Shown: positions 11,511 through 27,673 of the stretch, in pieces
How positions within the stretch are numbered: the first letter of the stretch is position 1
Layout: every line of letters begins with the position of its first letter
Source of the DNA: Massalongia carnosa
Taxonomy: Eukaryota
NCBI GenBank assembly: GCA_965645245.1
Contig: OZ287077.1
Coordinates: forward strand, 992,001 to 1,056,000
Direction of reading: 5' to 3'
DNA: 64,000 nucleotides
Notes under the pieces: model-generated
Told to the model about the DNA's origin: nothing
Databases searched by the model: none
The model's input: the letters and a program-made list of their open reading frames with translations, nothing else
Translations under genes and position numbers: made by a program

Positions 11511-12657
11511 ATAGTCTCAAGCATGTGCTACTCAGCTGCCCCAGGTTTGTTAACGGCCGAAGCAACATGTGCAGAGACGCCGGAACGACGGATTATCGCC
11601 GCCTTCTGACCACCGAAAAGGGCTTACGAGCCTCCGCTCGCTGGCTTATGCGGATCAATCTACTGACACAGTTTTCGCTAGCTGTAGAGTGTCTTTCTTC
11701 CTCCCCCTGACTGTCGCGTAGTGATAGTCACAAACTCTAGTTATAACAGAGGCAGAAGGTAGTCTCTTGATACGCATGTGTGTCGTAGACGTGGCGCTGG
11801 CGAAACGTAGCATTCGCGAAGTGAGGTCGAGCGATCACGTGTAGGTATACAGATGAAGGTTTTTTTCCCCTCGATGAGGGTTTTCCTTCGAAACTTTGAT
11901 AGCTTTTCTCGCATGGGTCGGCTGTAGCTGATGTCACAACGAGTATGAATTTAATAATAATAATATTAATAGTATTGATGCAGCTATTCTACGTTCCTTT
12001 ATTATCTTTTGTCACCTTCTTGTCATCCCTTCATTGTCGTTATCAATAAATAATGCGTGCTTATTATTTTTTACACCCGGACGCGGGCGGGCCGAGCCCA
12101 AAAAAAATCTCGGTAAGTTTTTACTTGATTGTAGATGACCCCAAGGCTATACATACATGATTATATCATCTACTATTAATTTGACAGAAAATTCTTAAAT
12201 CAAAATTATGGGAAACATCAAGGCCCCGTCCACGAGCAGTTCACCACCGAAGCCAATGAGCTAGGTGCCTTTAAAACCACCCGCGTACGATGCAAACAAC
12301 ACGTCACGATTGAGTTTTGTCCTTAATCTCACACGCGGCTCTGCACTTATTATGTTCGTGAACAATATCGGCCAACGGCTGGTTCTCTCCAAGAACTCGT
12401 AGTAGATAGTCATAAAGATGACAACTTGTTCTTAGCTCGTTTTCCATCTTCCCCGGAAGGCATCCAATTGGTAAAACTGAGTAGGAAAGTTAAAATTAAT
12501 GTCACAGGAGGCTCTATAATTGCCCAAGCGAAAACTACAACATTGCCGGTTTCTTTCATCAGAGAGATTGCGCAAAAAGCTGAATGGCCGATTTAGCAAA
12601 CACCAAATTTTCCAGAAAGATCTTTGGACGAATCTAGGTGATCTGGCCCTGGCCATC

Positions 12658-14426
12658 TCATCTCTTCCTGCGAAGACCGATGTTCTCTTTGCCATCGATC
12701 TGCTGCATCTGCACTTTGAGGCAAGCATCTTTGAAAATCCGAACAAACTCCCAGATCTCAGTGTACGTGTTATACAGAGGCGCTGGCGCTACCCTTATCA
12801 CGTCTGGCTTTCGTTCATCCACGACTACCCCTGCCTCTTCAAGTGTCTTCATTACACCTTCTAGAAGCCCTGGACTCAACTGTAGACTCAACTGAGCGCC
12901 TCTCTCTGCCGGATTTGGTGGCGTGATAATCTTATATGCTTTACAAATTTCCACTTTGGCATTTTTGGATAGAGGCTCAAGAAGAAGGTTCTCCAGATAT
13001 TTGGTGAGCTTAATAGATTTAGAACGGATGGCAGACATAGATGTGAGCGCGAAGACCTCTAGGGATGCCAGGAGGGCTGTAAGAGCCAATACAGAAGGAT
13101 TGCCAACTTGAAACCCGGCAGCGCCGGGGATAGGTACGAAATCTAAGGAGCTATCAAAAGGTGGGAGACTAAGGAGGCATAAACCTCTAAAATACAATTT
13201 TTCTTTGGCGATCATAGGACTTACCATTGCCCATCTCGAACCTTGTGGTTTTATCACCACCCCACCAACCGCAAAGACGTGGACGAAAGCCTTCTCTTTT
13301 ATCTCTTGCTGCAGCTGCGTCCACTACGCCGTGCTTGCTATGAATGAATAGTCCGGCAATTGCCCCTGGACCTGAATTGACATACTTGTAGTTGCACCAA
13401 GCCGCAAAGTCCACATCCCAATCATGCAATTGAAGGTCCACATTTCCTACCGCATGGGCAAGATCCCAGCCGATGATTATACCGTGGGAATGCGCATGGG
13501 TAGTGATGCGTTCAATGTCCAGGTACTGGCCTGTATAATATTGTACTCCAGGAAGCAATATTATGGCAGTCGAAGAGGCATATTTATCGATGGTAGAAAT
13601 AATATAAGCGGTGCTAATAGTTGAAAATCCTGCATCGGAAGGCTCAATCAATATCATTGCATCCTGTGGATCAAAGTTGTGATGACGGATTTGGGATTCT
13701 ACTGCAAACTGCCACAATATCCCTCAGAAAATGATCAAGACATATTGTTTCAAGGTTAATGGCACCCACATGATCGCTTGGAAATGCTTTCCCCTCCAGA
13801 ATGATTCGATATTTCTCTTTTGTAGGTTGATAAAAGCTAGCCATCAGCATATGTAAATTTGCCGTAAGGGTCTCCATCAGGGCAATTTCATGACTCGAGG
13901 CTCCAACAAGAGGCGCCATTCTCGCAGCCGCTACATCGTCGATATTGAAAAATGCTGGCAGATCAGAGTCATCATGTTGTTTAAAATGCCCTGTGACAGC
14001 TTTGGTTGCCCATGCAGATAGATGGGCGCTGATGCGCTCTGCCGTTCGGCGAGGTTGAAGTCCCAATGAATTGCCGCAGAGATAGATGCAAAGCTCAGAA
14101 GCATAGGGGACATCGAATGCTTCATTTTGATAACCCATGTCAGTCAAAAATTTGCAGGATATGCCTGAAAACTACTTCCCTGAAATGCTAGCAAACATAA
14201 TAAATACAACGTGCCTAGCGCATAACTGAACGAGGATTTCTCAATTTCAACGAAACCTTGAGAACGTACTGGACTTTGCCAATGTTTTGCGCTTCAGATC
14301 ACCCTTCGTTGGAATGATAAACTCTGACCTTAAATGCTTCAAGCTATCGTGATCATCAAGATTCTGTGCATAAATTCGACTGTGGTAGTTCTCTTGCACC
14401 AAAAGATTTCGTTCAGCAGCATCCAT
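12658..14426 (-). CDS. BNA5: Kynureninase, multi-exon
   Basis: [64 protein letters not shown] (PLP lysine), [18 protein letters not shown]. Confidence 0.95.
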
Positions 14427-14703
14427 TGCAGTAAATATCTCTAGGGTCGTCAAGAGTAGAGAATGGAGGGTGTTTTGAATATCTAATCATAGATGGAATT
14501 TCGTTGATAAAACAATCACATGCCATACATGTACTGTCCCTTGTAGCCTAGCACGTCATAATACGTGTTGAAGTCACGGCTGATGTTGACTAACGATTAT
14601 GGGTCCAAAGCTTCAATAACCAAAGGGTTTCAAAGCTTTAAGGTCTCAAGCTATAAACTTATTATGACTAGCATTTGTTTGGGTCTGTCAAAGCACTTCT
14701 AAG

Positions 14704-15431
14704 ATGGCAAGTAGGACTTCTCCACAGCTTCTCGTGCGGCTTGCCGCAAAGAAGTCTGAATGCTTAGCAAATCTAACTTCGAATGACCGCTGTCAACTCA
14801 CTGAGTCCATCCTATATATCTACAAGCCTCTATTTCATCCAATTTTACCTTCCAGTTTAACAAGATATCCTTTGTTATTCCATGCAAATCGAAGAATTTC
14901 TCAGCCTCTGGGGAGACAAGTTATCCTCAATGTTTTTAGTCAAGAGCGAAGTTTCTCTAAATCTTTCATCTTTAAGAGGGTGGTAGTCAAATCTAATCCA
15001 CGGAGAGATGAGAACGGGAATGAGATGCTTATTGATATAACGTCTCGCGCGGCACTAGTAAGACCTACTTAAGCTCGATGTCTGCAAATTGGCCCCTACT
15101 AACAATGATGAAGCGTCTTAAAGAGATAATGTCTAAAGAATCTAACCCTCTTCTGGCCTTACGAATCACTGTGGAGTCTGGAGGTTGCCACGGTTTTCAA
15201 TATCTCATGTCACTTACAAATATATCAACGATATCTCCGGATGACACAGTGTTCGAGGCAAATGATGGTACTGGAGCAAAAGTTGTAATGGATGAACCAA
15301 GCTTAGAACTACTCAAAGGAAGCCAGATTGACTACACAATGGAGTTGATTGGAAGTCAGTTCAAGATCCTGGGGAATCCGGCTGCGACGAGCAGCTGCGG
15401 CTGTGGCACTAGTTTCGATATCAAAACATGA
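14704..15431 (+). CDS. ISA2: Mitochondrial A-type iron-sulfur cluster assembly protein (one intron ~15058-15113)
   Basis: LRITVESGGCHGFQY...GSQIDYTMELIGSQF...NPAATSSCGCGTSF; presequence-like N-terminus. Confidence 0.9.
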
Positions 15432-16331
15432 CATTACTGGTTGTTTTGGTCATGCAATAGCCATTGTGCAAAATGGAACTGGAGATTAGTATGTTCTATT
15501 TCTCGCTCGACGAGACCTCTACATTCAGAAGGGAATCCAAAACACCATACAAATTGCTAATTAAATTGGTTGAGGTCGGCTCCTATAATATCTTTAAGCC
15601 TCTGTTATCTTTGGTGATTGAGGTTCTCATGTCTTATCTAGCTTATAATCTATAGATGGTCACATTGTAGGTGTGACGCGTCTAGTATGAACAGATTTAT
15701 CGTTCATTGGTAGAAAGCTGGGAGTGGGCCGCAAAGCCAAGCAAGAATCAAGCTATGGTCAAAGCGTGCCTAGCTATTCAATAGAGATAGTAAGAAGCTT
15801 ATCAAACCACTGTTCCATATTTTGGAGTTTGGGCAGTTGAATCAATGCGGAGAAAAAAAGAATTGGCTTCTAGAACTAGTCAGCATGATATTTGTGTTCT
15901 ACGCATTCTTGCTTCTAGCATGCTCGATTGCTCGGCCTTGCGGTCTGCCTAAGCGTTGATATCTGATCATCAAGACTGGGCTCAAAGGGTAATTCTCAAG
16001 CTCTCTAGCATCACGAAATTTGAGGCTGGGGGAAATATTAGGATTCAAAACGGACTTGCAAATACAGTTTCTCATCAACCTTACAAGGGAATACCTTTAC
16101 TTGTGAATAGCAAGTTTATAGGATATGTACGGGACTGGAAGAATGGAACGTAAGGGCAATATCATACTCTCCCCTAAGTCAAAGAACCAAACCTAGATAA
16201 TAGACAGTCGTGGTCAATATTGCCATCGAGCCTGTAGCCGTATCTACGGCCACTCTCTAGAAGTATTTATGCTGTGTGTAGATCCAAATGGGAAGTGTGG
16301 CAAACGTGATGGCTAATTTTCAATCTACCCC

Positions 16332-16423
16332 TGATGAGTCAGCGGCTCATCTTGCCGAAATAGACTTAGCTACACACTAATCTCCTAGTCTAAAGATCTT
16401 CGTGCGACAAAAAAATTTGAAAT
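16332..16423 (+). promoter_or_regulatory. PAC-like (GATGAG/CTCATC) and RRPE-like (AAAAATTT) motifs upstream of DBP2
   Basis: CTGATGAG at ~16331, GGCTCATC at ~16344 and AAAAAAATTTGA at ~16409, 130-220 bp before the ATG of a ribosome-biogenesis gene. Confidence 0.5.
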
Positions 16424-16552
16424 CTCACTTAGACACCTCATCATAATCTACCTTTACTGAGATACATTAACCTTGTCCCATCATCATACGTCAAAGTAAA
16501 ACTTCACCTTCTGGAAAAACTCATATATCATCGATATCGATAAAGCGACAGA

Positions 16553-19086
<2,534 letters not shown>

Positions 19087-22000
19087 ACCATTTGATGTGA
19101 TAAATGTCATGGTTGCCGTTGAAGCGCTCTCAAAGTGGGTTGCGCTTCGCCCTGTCGCTGGTACTTTCTTCAACGGTTGCTGGTTTCATGTTTCGGTGTT
19201 TGCAGAAGCATCCCCCACGCTCTGGGTGGAATGGGCTTCAACGTGCGCAATAGATTTTTTATGCCTTGCAGTTTTTGCAGGCCATTACATTTGTGGTGGG
19301 AGCTCAAGGTTAGTCTGCGATTCATCGCAGGATCAGGAGGAATAGACCACGCGGTAACTGACATGCGATTCTCCAGGGTTGTAACTTCATCACATCAAGT
19401 AGTTAGATTTTCTCCAAGGATACGCGTTTTTTAGAATGAATTCGTTAGGTACAGGACAATTTCTGAGACCTGGAAATTACTCGCCTTAAATTTATCATCG
19501 TACCTGACCAGTAAACCAAACTATTTATTTCTCCACCAAAGCTTCCAACCGCTAAAAAAAAGTCCCTTGGGCTACCGATTTACCCTTCTTCCATTTATCC
19601 GACGACTCTTCGACAGGTGGTCCAAGAATGGCCGTCCCCTGAGCGAGGATTGCCTAGTATTAGTAATTCAAAATATGAAGGTCATTCAAAGGAAGGATCA
19701 AAATTTACTTGTTGGCAAGCCAAAGGCGCAAGCCTCTTTGGAGTGAAAAAGCAAAAAAGACACACCTAATGCTAATCAAATCCTACAGGACTTACGCTAC
19801 ACCTACCACATGGCTGGTCGGGACTTCTACTCCATACACCATTACGCACTGGCTTCATACCTACTTTAGCAGGTAAACTAGATAGCCGATCAAAATAGTT
19901 ACCCCTAAGCGCTAGAGTAGGATTTCTACCCGCATACATGATTGCGGAATACTGATGGAACGAAATGCCTATCAGAATCACCTTAAAGGTTGGCTTGAGT
20001 GGCAGAGCTAACAAATCGCCAGCCGCACCTTACTTGAGCTTGAGCCATACCCAATCACACATCCCCGGCCCAACCTATCGAATCGGTATGACTGGGACTT
20101 CGGCGTAGTCGCCGATCACAAGGACCTAGAGCCTTCATCAAGTGGAAGCAAGTTTTTGGCATTTATGATAATTTACGGGCTCTGAGCAGAGGGGCTAGGA
20201 TCGGCAATCACAAGGGTGAGAGAAACGCCAACAAAACGCCTCTTATACTGGGGTTTGCAAAATCCCTGCATTACATTGAGCATTTCCACAACGATGATAG
20301 GGCATAGACGGAAAACCGTGTATCTGCATTATGCGCGAGCACTTTACGATTACGTATGGTGATTTGGCTGAGGTTTGGTACTCGTTATGTTGTAAAGCTA
20401 CGGAGAATAGAAAGGGGAGCTCACTCAAAGAATTGAAGCAGTCTCTTCTCAGGAATCATGCAAGAGGCTCTTGGCGTAGCGTCAATAGCAGCAGATATTT
20501 CTGGCTCCAATGCGTGGGGTTTGCACCAAGATCACCTAGGCAAACCCAAGGACACAGTCCTGGGTCCACTAGCAACATAGTGGCCGATGAACTCGATGTC
20601 GCACAAGGAAAATCTTGATGGAACTTTAATTCAACACATTGACGAGATTCAGAACAGACAATTTACCAACATCACGCAATCCACTGCGGCTCTCTATCGA
20701 CGGCATCTCCTGTGATCAACAAATGCGCTTTGAGCGTGATCGGACGCTGACTGCATCTTCCACGCGGTCCGGTGACATCAGTAACACGCAAAGTTCAACC
20801 CCGTCGCAGAACAAGTCTCGGAGGATGTGCCTTTCGCGGGAAATGTTCTACCTGCACATTTCAATGTGTTCCCAGTCGCCAAAAAGCAAAGTGACAGAGT
20901 TACAGCGCAGCATGCACACGGTGTTGTTCACGCTGAATCATGATCAGACGATAAGTACAAGTGATTCTTGAGGGGAAGTCGATGTGCTTGAGTGTTTGTG
21001 ATATTGGGGGGGGGGGAACTCATGATTGGTGGGAAGAGCCTTGGGTGGAAAACTGATATCCGCCTGCATTAATGTGCGACTAGGATTACGACAGGGAACA
21101 TGGAACAAGGATGATTAGGGGGGGTAATCAAGATCATTAGCGTGCTGGTGTACTCTGTACATACAGCGTACGGAGTACTCTGTCGAGGTTTACATGTAAG
21201 AGTTCTATACCCTGTGCTCGTACGCTGTGAGTAGGTATTGTGTGCCTCGATCCGAGGACGTTTCTCTCCCCCCTCGACTTGTAAAGTTTAGCGTCCGTGA
21301 GACGAGATGAGACTCCACATTCTGATCATCATCTTGTCACAGCGTCAGCCAGTGCACAGGCCAGCTCGGGTGCAAACTAGTTTACTTACCTCCTTGTGCT
21401 AGCGATGACGGGGCGGGGCATGACGATGAGGGCGGGGACGTGCAGCACAATTCCCTCAACTCCGAGTTCCAGGTACATAATAGGCATTCTTGGTCCGTAC
21501 TGGACAGTGAACGGAACAGGGACAGATTGCAGAGTAGAGATTACGGAATACTTGTCAGAGGCATTATCGTTTAGCCAGCATTTGGCCTTGCGTGGCGACC
21601 ATTGGCGAGCTTTTGTCTAGAGCACTCTACATTGATTATCTGATTTCGTTCGCCGCTTCTTCCAGTCCAATCAGGCGTCGGGAGCGGAAGCGCCCTCACC
21701 TCTTTCTCCTCACCTTCTTTCTCACCGAGTCACCGGCATCAGCTGCCGGTTATCCAGAGAAACTCTGACCGGGGGCCGCGCGACGTGAAGCCCCGCTTTG
21801 CCCGGCGAAATGTCTTTGATTCCCTTCTGCCTTTCGCTTCCTGGTCCAATTCCAACGATGGCAAACAAAGCATACTGGATCCAAGGGTGGGGGTGGGTTC
21901 GGAACGGCACCAAGGAGGGGGCCGAAAAAGGGACATTGGCTTGTGGTGTGCTCCCACCTCCTTATGAACCCTCTCTCTCCTTCACCTCCTTCGATGGAGA

Positions 22001-25000
22001 GAGCAGATGTCGTTTTAGCCATCCGGCATCACTTGATATGATTGCAAACAAGCACGCAGGGTTTACTGTCTTCGGGCAAGTAGAGGCGCTGAAAGCTCAT
22101 TCGCTTAAAGTCAGTGGCACTTGCAGGTAATAGAAAATAGAATGCTGGAACGAGGATGCTGACATTCTACTGGAACCCTGAGATGCTCCAAATACTGGGT
22201 GGCCGATTCTGCGCGTCCGCTGTTTGTTGTTGCCATGAGGTTCTGGTAGGCACAGAGAGGGTCGAGTAAAGGCGAATCTGAAGTACCAGGCTACCTGGTG
22301 CACTGTACTCTATTGGATTTCTACATCTTACACCCTTGATCAGAACCATAAAACGATGACCTTGCAAGATGTGAAAAAGGTGAAAGCGATGGAGCTCAAG
22401 ATGCCCTCATCCCTTATACCTGAAGTGACCGATTTTGCCGCCTGCGATGTGGTCTGCCCCGCGTATAAAAACCGTCCCACATAAACCAATCATCATCAGC
22501 AGCGCAGAGAATTCTACCCTACCCCCTACTACTCTTACTACTACCTCTACTTTGCCCCTCTCGGTCCCCCTCCTTTCGACTTTGTTACTGAACATTGTAA
22601 GTTACTCTATAAGTTACTCCGTAAGCTTAACGTGATCCCCCCTCGCTAATAGATACGAGCGCACTGATGAGTTGAGCACCGCCGGGATCTCATGTGCGGG
22701 CTCCGGTTTCGCATTTAGTATTATCGACGGGAGAGAAAGATGTGCACCGAAAACGGAAGGACGTGGAGAGGAGAGGGCAATAGTTGCCTCTCCCGTCAGA
22801 CGTAGAGAGAAGGTCAGGAGTGCCTCAGGTTTTCCGTTTTCTTCGGCTCTCGTAAGCTCGATCTCCTTCATTCCGAGTATCTACATGTTCTCCTCCTGTT
22901 TCTTTTTCTCCCCGTCCCTTTCGGACTGTAGCCGAAGTGCGGCTTCAGGATTTAAGCCTGACGCTACTGCAATCCAAGGGGCTTGTCAGTCGTACGCAGC
23001 CTGAGCAAGCTGCCTTAGCCAAGCATTAGCGGACGCGACTGAATTCCCCTCCGGCGCTGCCTAAACCTAATGAGTAATTGTAGATCGTGCTAAAAGGAAC
23101 GCTAAGGCGCGAGGGTCGAGCACATCGCCTTTTTCTCCGTCAAATCTTTGAGGATTTCTATCGTCACACACTCACACTATCCCGGCTTCTTCCATAGCCC
23201 GATCCATAACCTCGCCCTTGCCAACTCCCAATTATTACCTCTAATTTTCCCTTTCGCACGTGCACCGCCATCCCAATCCCTCTTCCCCCAACCACCGACC
23301 CCGCCGTCCACCATCCACCATCCACCAAACTTCATCACGCTTAGTGTTGTTCATAGCGTCTTTGCCCCGGACATCGTTCCTCCGGTCGTTATCCGGTTGA
23401 GCATTGCTTCACAACGAGTCGTGAAGTACCCGTAACACTAGGACCTCCGCGTCGAAATAAGTAAACGGTGAAGCGCGTTGCCATTCGCTCAACAACACAC
23501 TGCTTGACGAGGCAGTGAATGTTGTCTGCGCGTGAGGGACGCTGGGCATTCTGAACGTGAAGCATAGTCATCACACCTGTAAGGAATCATCGTGGATAGC
23601 CACACCCAAGCACCGCGCTTAATTACGTCTCTGACCAGATGCTTCTTCACAGGCATCCTGAGCAGCGTGAAGCGAATCGTGTATGCTGTTCACGCTTCAT
23701 TTCCAACATCATATATTCAATCACCAAAGTGATTCGAGTCGAAGTGTCAGTAGTGAGCCAGTGAAATCGCGGTTGGTAGCTGGAAGTGCAGTGAAATAAA
23801 TATATTTGTGCCGGTCCGATCCCATTCTGGCAAAGAGACCCAAGAGAGATTGAAGAGTTTGAGCGTAAAAACGTACATTAAACATTTCACCAACTGAAAG
23901 AAAAAACGCGGAGTCGATGCGGCTGTGTGCCTTGCCATATTATTGACCTTTGCGTATTCAACATCAAGCCTGTTGGGTTTTGTGCAGGTCCAGTCCGGCG
24001 TTGCTGATCCTGAGGTGTTAAAAGCACGGTGGTGAAGGAAAGAAGGGCGCCTAGAAGGGGATTATTAACAGTACGGATAGTTCAGGGTAAGTTTTATCTG
24101 AGCCTTGAAGGAAAGAGCATAGCTGCTCGTATGCTGCGTAATCACCAAATACACCAAGAATCCCCCCAGAAACCCACCAAACACCCCATCCGATCTCTCT
24201 CTCCACAGTGTGTTTCTCTCGAGTTCTCGTACTGATCTCTTTTGGAGTACACAATCGCCACACATACGCCTGTCTGCATCTGCGTGTGAACGAAACCTGC
24301 TCCTTGCTAGCTTCCGCGAAACATCTTTAGCTTGGGAACACATCATAGCTTCCGGTCTCACTTGGTCACTTTCGAGTTTCGACCCATTCATAAGGCGGTC
24401 ATAGCTAATAGCTTCCCCCTCCCTAACGCTACCCCATTTTTCCCACCGCCGAAACCTAAATCCCCTCGAAGATCCCGATTATCTCTCATAGTTCTGCCAC
24501 CATCCCGTAAGACGGCGCTGCCTCTTCCTTGAAGCCTTTAACTCCTTTCTTGTTAAGCTTCGCACTACTGGCCTTCAGAGTACCAGATACGCCAATCTGG
24601 ACTTGCTTGCCGTCTTGTTAGGCTTTGTACGGTCACGCTATCGCCGACGCTTATTGCAGTCGGTTCTCTCTTAGCCTTGAGCTAGACCGACACGCAATTA
24701 TTATTCTCCTCCCTCAGACACTAGTCGATAGGACTGTCGATCTAAGACAAGGACATTGTGCAACGGAAAAAAGTTACCACCACGGTCCCTGAAAAAAGCA
24801 GTCTTGTCGCTACTTCAGACCGAGCATCTGTCGCGTGGCTTAGTGTCGTCGTGATCACTTTGACATCTAACCAAAACACCGGCCATTGCGGGCTAACATT
24901 CTATCCGCCACGAGCTCGGGACAACACAGCACAGTGAGGGAAAGGACATCGATCGTGATACCCGTAAGTGTTCAGTTCAACGCGTTGCTGCTAGGGCGAC

Positions 25001-25033
25001 ATAGCTGACATGTCACGTCAACAGCTACAATTG

Positions 25034-26474
25034 ATGGACAGAAGTGCCACCGAACAGTACAGGCAGCCAGGTTTGCACACACGTCCACAATCAATAGTGG
25101 CCACCGAGTCCCAATCCTAAGAACCTGCCGTAGATACCCCATCTGCTGCGCAGTACACTTCGGCATCAGAAGGACGATCATCCAACTTTCCAGCAGTCGC
25201 CACTCAAACATCTGAATTCGGTGTCGCCTCCTCGTCAGCGCGTCCAGCCCACCTGAATTCTGAGTACCTTGCGCGACAACAATACGCACAACACCAAAGT
25301 CACGCCAGTACAGTCAGTATGGCTCAAGCAACAAGTCCGTCCATGTCCTTGCAAGATGGACATCAGAATAACCATCATAACACAACCCATGTAAAGTCTA
25401 ACCCCGATGTCCCTATAGATCCATCCATTGCCGCGTCGAGTCCTACCTATCCACCTTATTCGCCCTACGCCCAGCAAGGCCACGATATGTCCCAGTACCA
25501 AGGCCATCCACCTCCAGGGTACCAGCATTGGCCCCAGCAGTATGCCGGACATCCACATGGATTACCCAATGGACCATACAGCTCGCCTGGCACAGCTGTT
25601 TCTGCAGGTGGCGCGGCCGCGACCGCCGGACCACGTCCTGGCCAGGTGCGTCGCATATGGACGCTGTTCGTGCTCATTCTACTGACACACAACAGAACCC
25701 TCACCCTCTCTCCCAGGTATACTCCTTTGTGCCAATACCGGGTGCTCAGCAGCACAAGCGACCCCGTCGTCGTTACGAAGAGATTGAACGCATGTACAAA
25801 TGCGGATGGCAGGGTTGCGAGAAGGCTTACGGCACGTTGAATCATTTGAATGCGCACGTCACCATGCAGTCGCACGGAGCCAAACGCACTCCAGAAGGCA
25901 AGTTTCTTTGCTGTTTTGTTTTTTTAAAAGTCCGTCTGTCGCAAAGTCGCGTTTTTGGTTAGTTTGTGTTTTTGGGTTTGCATCTGCTAGTCGTGTTACA
26001 CAGCCTGAGCCTTGTTGTTGGCGTTGGCACTATAAGTGCATTTGACCCCACGCTTCAGAGTTCGTGGTCGACGCTAGTATGGATTTAGCGCCTTTCTAAC
26101 TCAAGTTGAGCCCTACAGAGTTCAAAGAAATCCGCAAAGAATGGAAGGCACGGAAGAAGGAGGAAGATAATCAACGAAAGGCGGACGAGGAGAGACAACG
26201 ATCTGCCACTGGTGGACCTCCCGTTGACGGCCAGGCCAGCGAATCTACCCAACCTCCTGCAAATCAAACCTACCCTCCGGGCGTTCGTCCTCACCTTCCT
26301 CCCATCGGCTACGCGCCAGCTAGTGGCCAAGTCTCTGCTCAGTACTCGGGTGCAGTGGATCAAATGTACTCACAAGGCAATGGCCAAGTTTATCCAGGGT
26401 ACCCGCATTCGCCTTACGGACAAGGTCAACAAATGTACAGCCTGCCTTGTTCTCAAACGCAATCAAAATGCTGA
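25034..26474 (+). CDS. con7: Con7-type C2H2 zinc-finger transcription factor (introns 25071-25133, ~25646-25717, GC-AG 25898-26118; 3' end uncertain)
   Basis: VYSFVPIPGAQQHKRPRRRYEEIERMYKCGWQGCEKAYGTLNHLNAHVTMQSHGAKRTPE|EFKEIRKEWKARKKEE matches the Con7 family signature as I recall it; preceded by a ~6-kb non-coding region. Confidence 0.88.
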
Positions 26475-27629
26475 TTGGCCTTAGATCTTAATCTCCAGAC
26501 AACCCCATAGGCTCGCTGATCTGAAGAAGTCATTTCGTCATTTCACCGCAAAGGATAACCACAACGTCTCAAAAGCAAATCAGGTGGGAGTGGAGGAAGG
26601 GTTCTGGTGGCGGTTGTCTGCTGGTAAAATCAGGAGTTGACGCACAGGCATGGAGCGGCGGACGGTGTTGCTGTCAGTGGGCCCACCAACACGAATGATG
26701 ATGTTTTTTCTGTGCTGCCGTGATTTCCCAAACGTCGTTGCTGGTATTAAGCAACGCCCATTCAGATACGTCATATGTGGATACTCGTCCTCGGTAGTTC
26801 CTTACAGGGTCGTCCTGAGGGATTGCGGTTCACAGTGTTGCCTAAACCCTTTCTCTTTTGTTCGATGGCAAGCATGCAGGGAGAGCATGGGGCCGGATAA
26901 TTGGTGGTTTTTTAGCTCTCGTCATCTTCTCAGTCCTTCTTTGACATAGCTCTGGCCTATGCGCGAGTAAAGCAATGGATGACCTTTGGGGACAGAAAAA
27001 AAGGTTCAGACAGAAGGCTAGCTTGGCGGGGTTTCGTTGCGTTTCAGTGCGGCATCTTGAGGATCGTGATTCTTTTATGCCGACCTCAATAGGAAGCAAA
27101 GGTCACCCGCAACGGATTGTGTGTCTTGATGCAAGGTTGTCGTGAATTCGTTTGTTGCATGGAATGAACGAAATGGAGTGAGTGCGTCTAATCCAACCAC
27201 TTTCTTCAATGATAGATATAACACGAGACAAGGCGGGACCGAAGCTAGCTTTTATGTTTGCAACGCAAGTTTTTTTTTTTTTGCATTTACTAACTACTAG
27301 CACCATTTCCGATAACAGCTCACAAGGCTCTTAGTTTAGGTGTGGTTTATGAGTGTCTACCTCAACTTGCAGCTACTCCGATTCTGTTCTAGACAGTGTT
27401 GCACAAAGCTACTGCGTGCGGTTTTTAAAAAGTACAACTAGGCTGCGTGCTCTCCCCAAGGACCTGGAATGCGCTTGTAATGCCGTCGGGACCATGCTAT
27501 GTCTTGGTAGTATTATACCTTGTCTTTTAGAGGCGGATCTGAGTTTAAACTAGTTAGCTGCGGCGGCCGTTGTTTGTGCGACCGTGATCGTTTCCATCAG
27601 GTCGTTTCGCTATCTGTACCTACAAAGCT

Positions 27630-27673
27630 TTAGGGGCTAGGGCTTAGAAGCTAGGGCTTAGAGGCTAGGGTTT
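27630..27673 (+). repeat. Short tandem array of GCTAGGGCTTAGA-like units (telobox/Tbf1-like TAGGG sites) in the PPR gene promoter
   Basis: ttaggggctagggcttagaagctagggcttagaggctagggttt, ~115 bp upstream of the ATG at 27787. Confidence 0.6.

Noticed and set aside
12658..15431. Secondary-metabolite or functional gene cluster
   Set aside because: Neighbouring genes are unrelated housekeeping functions; no PKS, NRPS or terpene backbone gene in the window.
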